From assembly GCF_036903355.1 (NCBI RefSeq), contig NZ_JBAKHK010000016.1:43812-75811 (forward strand): a stretch of DNA of 32,000 nt, in the 5' to 3' direction. How positions within the stretch are numbered: the stretch's first letter is position 1; every line of letters starts with the position of its first letter. The position numbers were made by a program, and so were the translations under genes. The notes beneath the pieces were generated by a model. The model saw only the letters and a list, made by a program, of their open reading frames with translations. It did no database searches and was not told where the DNA came from. Shown here in pieces: positions 29,221-32,000 of the stretch. The stretch is from Enterobacter sp. UNJFSC 003 (GTDB taxonomy: Bacteria; Pseudomonadota; Gammaproteobacteria; Enterobacterales; Enterobacteriaceae).

Positions 29221-29249
29221 TTGACATATGAATAAGCTAATCTTCAAAT
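29221..29249 (+). promoter_or_regulatory. Candidate sigma70 promoter of the SIR2-like gene
   Basis: A perfect -35 TTGACA (29221-29226), a 17-nt spacer and TCAAAT (29244-29249) sit directly after the alpha terminator. A perfect TATAAT at 29264-29269 also exists, but it lies too close to the SD to leave a leader. Confidence 0.5.
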
Positions 29250-29283
29250 ATCTGACCGCAGAATATAATTTAAGAGGTTGTGG

Positions 29284-30381
29284 ATGAAAACTGTATTTGT
29301 GCTTGGTGCTGGATTTTCAAAAGAAGCTGGCGCGCCTATGCAGGCGGAAATAATGGGTGAGATATTTAAAATACACCAAGAGGATTCAAACTATTTTAAT
29401 GGTTCAGATTTTCAGCTTTTTGAAAACTTACTTACTGAACAATTATATTATAAACGTGAGCAATTTAAAGATGTTCAGATTGAAGATATGTTCACTCCTT
29501 TAGACCGGTGCTTGGCGGATAATATCCAGTTTAGAGGTCTGTCTATTGAGCAAATGACAAAGACAAGGGATGCTGTTTTTAATATCATTGGTTTGGCCAT
29601 TAGGAGGATCTTGGAAAGAAAAGGGAATAGTAAGGAATATATTGACCACTTTGCTGAGTATTTAGTGAGGAAATGTAGCGAGAGGCTGGGTGGTAATTAT
29701 AGACAGCATGATCCTGTAAGCGTTATTAGTACCAACTGGGATATTCTACTAGATAATTCATTGTATGATTACATCCAAAGGAACTACCACGGACGTGCAG
29801 TTGTTGATTATTGCTGTTATATAAGCTCCTTAGAAGAAAGGGACGAAACGGTAAAGCCGGGTCTAGAAATGTTAGGAGCAGGTGGTTTTAATGTGAAACT
29901 GCTGAAGATTCATGGTTCACTTAACTGGCTACAATGTTCGCGATGCATGCGCCTTTATGTCGGGTTTAATAAAAAAATAGGGGTTGCGAGAGGGGCAACA
30001 TGTAGGCATTGTGATAAAAATCATGACGCAGTAAATAAAGAGAATAGACTGATATCAAATCTTATTATGCCTACCTTTCTAAAGGATCTATCAAATCCTC
30101 AATACAAAATAATTTGGCAGAACGCTGGTATTGAATTATCTGAAGCTGACAAAATAATCTTCATAGGTTATTCGTTGCCGAATGCCGATTTTGAAATGAG
30201 ACAACTTTTATCTCGAATGATTAAACGAAGTGTTAAAATTGAAGTCGTAACATATGAAAGAGATAAAGAAAAAGAAAAGGATATAAAAAAATATTGGCAG
30301 GCGTTTTTTGGTGAGCGTGAGGTTAAAGTTCATTTATGTGGTGCCAGTCAGTTCATTGAGCAATCCTTATATCTTGAATAA
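29284..30381 (+). CDS. Standalone SIR2_2-type sirtuin-like protein (predicted NAD+-consuming enzyme; candidate defence effector)
   Basis: The ATG at 29284 has an AAGAGG SD 6 nt upstream and gives 365 aa. The motifs parallel the ThsA/DSR SIR2 domains: VLGAGFSKEAGAP (GAGxS), VISTNWDILLD (TNxD, catalytic Asn), LKIHGSLNW (catalytic His) and IFIGYSLPNADFEM (GxSxxD). A CxxC...CxxC zinc ribbon (CSRC, CRHC) follows the HG motif, as in true sirtuins. No second domain is recognisable. Confidence 0.8.
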   Translation: MKTVFVLGAGFSKEAGAPMQAEIMGEIFKIHQEDSNYFNGSDFQLFENLLTEQLYYKREQFKDVQIEDMFTPLDRCLADNIQFRGLSIEQMTKTRDAVFNIIGLAIRRILERKGNSKEYIDHFAEYLVRKCSERLGGNYRQHDPVSVISTNWDILLDNSLYDYIQRNYHGRAVVDYCCYISSLEERDETVKPGLEMLGAGGFNVKLLKIHGSLNWLQCSRCMRLYVGFNKKIGVARGATCRHCDKNHDAVNKENRLISNLIMPTFLKDLSNPQYKIIWQNAGIELSEADKIIFIGYSLPNADFEMRQLLSRMIKRSVKIEVVTYERDKEKEKDIKKYWQAFFGEREVKVHLCGASQFIEQSLYLE

Positions 30382-30493
30382 CTTTAATAAGTTAAGGATG
30401 GGGCTAACTTCACAGCCCTATTCTTTTGGAATAGGTTAAAATTTAGGAAAAGATAATTTTGACCTATCATAAATTTATTGCGAGTGGACCACC

Positions 30494-30517
30494 AACCCGG
30501 CGAATGCTGGGTTTTAT
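30494..30517 (+). terminator. Rho-independent terminator downstream of the SIR2-like gene
   Basis: AACCCGGC-gaat-GCTGGGTT is an 8-bp stem with one G-U pair, followed by TTATTAT. A weaker hairpin, GGGCT...AGCCC followed by TATTCTTTT, lies at 30401-30427. Confidence 0.55.
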
Positions 30518-30546
30518 TATGGTCTAAGATCAAATGTAGGGTTTGC

Positions 30547-30615
30547 TGTTCACTCTTCACTTAATGGTTAACTTCTATCATATTGATATTTCATATAAAA
30601 ATATGATGGTGAATA
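30547..30615. repeat. Second iteron cluster (crr-like)
   Basis: The copies are TGTTCACT (30547-30554), TCTTCACT (30554-30561) and the inverted GGTGAATA (TATTCACC, 30608-30615). They belong to the same motif family as the cluster at 24723-24850. Confidence 0.45.
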
Positions 30616-30688
30616 GTATGTACGCTTTTCTTAAGAAAAAGTATTTTGTTGTGCGATGAGGTGGACGAGTTTTGAACGCTCCCGCCAA

Positions 30689-30710
30689 TGTGTATAGCCA
30701 TGTGTATAGG
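30689..30710 (+). repeat. Candidate integrase arm-type sites, attR side
   Basis: TGTGTATAGC (30689-30698) and TGTGTATAGG (30701-30710). The 14-mer ATGTGTATAGGATT is shared with 18431-18444. Confidence 0.6.
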
Positions 30711-30768
30711 ATTATTTGTCGATAAGAATAAATTCTTGCAAAACAACGAATTAAGTTGATTTGTTTGT

Positions 30769-30786
30769 TCCTATTATCGCACCACC
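30769..30786 (+). repeat. attR core (partial copy of the tRNA-Thr 3' end)
   Basis: TCCTATTATCGCACCACC matches 18302-18320 apart from one missing G. Confidence 0.85.
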
Positions 30787-31098
30787 TAATAAAATCAATC
30801 AATTAGCGTAAAATATCTAACGGATTGTATCTTCAATTATCATCCTTGATAACATTTGGTAAGCGCTTTTGCGTTGTATCGGCTCAAGTATTGCACAACG
30901 TACTGGCGGGTAGTTACCAGGCTCAAGCCCAAACAGCATTAGAAATTATGCTATCCCTTGAAGCTGAAAGAGTTGCCGCAAGCGGTTAACAACATGTTTT
31001 AAACTACTGATCACTCCGCTAAATGGCTAATGTTCGCGTATAGACTATTTCGACTTATGATTTTACGATGTAGATAAATCATACAAGGAGGATAGTTT

Positions 31099-31641
31099 AT
31101 GAGCGCACAGGAAGAGGAAGGAACATTACGCCGGATGACCTTAGGCGAGATTGCAATGGCTCGCAGAGTGTTCGGTGATTCGATAGTGTATAGCCGTGTC
31201 TGGATTCATTGCGACAGCTATTTACCGTTCGGCCTACAGAAACAGAACTACGCGATGACTCCCAATGGGGAGTTGTGGTACAGAAAATCGATGTACAGAG
31301 AAGACTTTTCCGCAAACTCGGTTTTCGTTGAAGATAAATACGTTTTCATCCATGAATTGGGGCATGTGTGGCAACACCAACACGGACAATGGGTGAGAAT
31401 GCGGGGGGCGTTTAGCTGGGCTGCTGAATATACCTACAGGCTGGATAAAGAAAAGCTCACTGATTACTCTCTTGAGCAGCAAGCCTCTATTTTAGCTGAT
31501 TACTGGTTACTGCTGGTTTATGGAATTAGTAAGTGGTCTTACTATCAGAGGCCTGAGCGCATGGGGATGTACAGAGGCGTAGATATGTTGCAGGATGTCC
31601 CTTCGCTTTACCAAAAAATCGTAACAGGGAAGGGGCGTTAA
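31099..31641 (+). CDS. Small HExxH zinc-metallopeptidase-motif protein (DUF4157-like; candidate toxin/effector)
   Basis: A 180-aa ORF with a strong AGGAGG SD. It contains FIHELGHVWQHQHG, the HEL.HV.Q pattern I associate with the DUF4157 metallopeptidase-like domain of polymorphic toxins and eCIS/T6SS cargo. It has no signal peptide. Confidence 0.6.
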   Translation: MSAQEEEGTLRRMTLGEIAMARRVFGDSIVYSRVWIHCDSYLPFGLQKQNYAMTPNGELWYRKSMYREDFSANSVFVEDKYVFIHELGHVWQHQHGQWVRMRGAFSWAAEYTYRLDKEKLTDYSLEQQASILADYWLLLVYGISKWSYYQRPERMGMYRGVDMLQDVPSLYQKIVTGKGR

Positions 31642-31643
31642 AC

Positions 31644-32000
31644 ATGAAGAACAAAATGTTGCTGGGTGTTGTATTCCTCTTAACAGGATGCCCCGGGCCT
31701 GGTGATCGAATGGTAGATCGTGAATCTACAACGGCATTTATCAAAGGTAATCAAGTTTGTGTGGTGTCGCCACTGGAGCCACAGGAACGGATCACTGCTA
31801 TCCAAATCAACAGCGATAGTAGCGACACCCTTCACAAGATTTTTGATGACAAGCCTGTGTATGTTCAAAAGGGTGACTGTCTTCCTGTATTCGGATTTAA
31901 GTTTACACCTGGAGAGCGGTATAACTTCGCGTATGACGTCCAATCTGGTAAATCAGAATCGCATTTAGTCACCGCTGAATTTTCTTATCCCAAAAAATAA
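31644..32000 (+). CDS. Lipoprotein, candidate cognate immunity protein
   Basis: A 118-aa ORF starting 3 nt after the upstream stop. MKNKMLLGVVFLLTGC carries a lipobox (L-T-G-C) at residues 13-16. The stop TAA falls at 31998-32000, exactly at the window end. Confidence 0.65.
   Translation: MKNKMLLGVVFLLTGCPGPGDRMVDRESTTAFIKGNQVCVVSPLEPQERITAIQINSDSSDTLHKIFDDKPVYVQKGDCLPVFGFKFTPGERYNFAYDVQSGKSESHLVTAEFSYPKK

Larger units (their letters stand above)
18302..30786. mobile_element. P4-like phage satellite (phage-inducible chromosomal island) integrated at thrW, about 12.5 kb
   Basis: It is bounded by the direct repeats TCCTATTATCGGCACCACC (18302-18320) and TCCTATTATCG-CACCACC (30769-30786). Gene content and order match integrated P4: int, cos, psu-like, delta-like, alpA, alpha. 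The composition is mosaic relative to the core genome. Confidence 0.9.

Noticed and set aside
30578-30802. 74-aa minus-strand ORF
   Set aside because: It spans attR, the arm-type repeats and the crr-like iteron. It is AT-rich noise with no SD.
30807-30989. 60-codon open frame ending ...VLHNVLAGSYQAQAQTALEIMLSLEAERVAASG* between attR and the HExxH gene
   Set aside because: It could be the 3' remnant of a disrupted gene, but it has no plausible start codon or SD and I do not recognise the sequence. There is too little evidence to call a pseudogene.
1-32000. Search for CRISPR arrays, rRNA, IS elements/transposases, retron-type ncRNA/RT genes, or toxin-antitoxin pairs in the core region
   Set aside because: I saw no regularly spaced repeat-spacer structure, transposase-like ORF, terminal inverted repeat pair or reverse-transcriptase motif anywhere in the window.

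Overview
Enterobacteriaceae chromosome, probably Enterobacter or Klebsiella given about 55% G+C and an nqr operon that E. coli K-12 lacks. Positions 1-18318 are ordinary, syntenic core: fadE', gmhA, yafJ, yafK, nqrABCDEF-nqrM, dinB with its LexA box, pepD, gpt, frsA, crl, phoE, proBA and tRNA-Thr(CGU) (thrW). A roughly 12.5-kb P4-like phage satellite is integrated into the 3' end of thrW (18302-30786). It is bounded by an 18/19-nt direct repeat of the tRNA 3' end and by repeated TGTGTATAGG motifs at both ends. Its backbone follows the integrated P4 order: int, cargo, cos, a Psu/Sid-like gene, an Ogr/Delta zinc-finger gene, tandem TGT-N12-ACA activator sites, TGTTCAC iterons (ori-like), alpA, a structured C4/CI-like RNA region, an icd-like gene, two small ORFs, a 777-aa alpha primase-helicase, more iterons (crr-like) and attR. 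Two AT-rich cargo loci are embedded in it. The first is a Gabija-like gajA (OLD-family ATPase-TOPRIM nuclease) plus gajB (UvrD-like helicase) pair that fills the int-cos hotspot and overlaps the int stop codon. The second is a standalone 365-aa SIR2_2-type sirtuin-like gene with its own promoter and terminators, wedged between the alpha terminator and the crr-like iterons. That is not the canonical P4 hotspot, and I consider this gene the best candidate for an undescribed single-gene NAD-targeting defence. Beyond attR lies a tightly coupled pair, a 180-aa HExxH metallopeptidase-motif protein and a lipoprotein, that looks like an effector/immunity module. I saw no CRISPR array, rRNA or IS/transposase. 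All homology statements rest on motifs and sequences I recognise by eye, and no database search was run.
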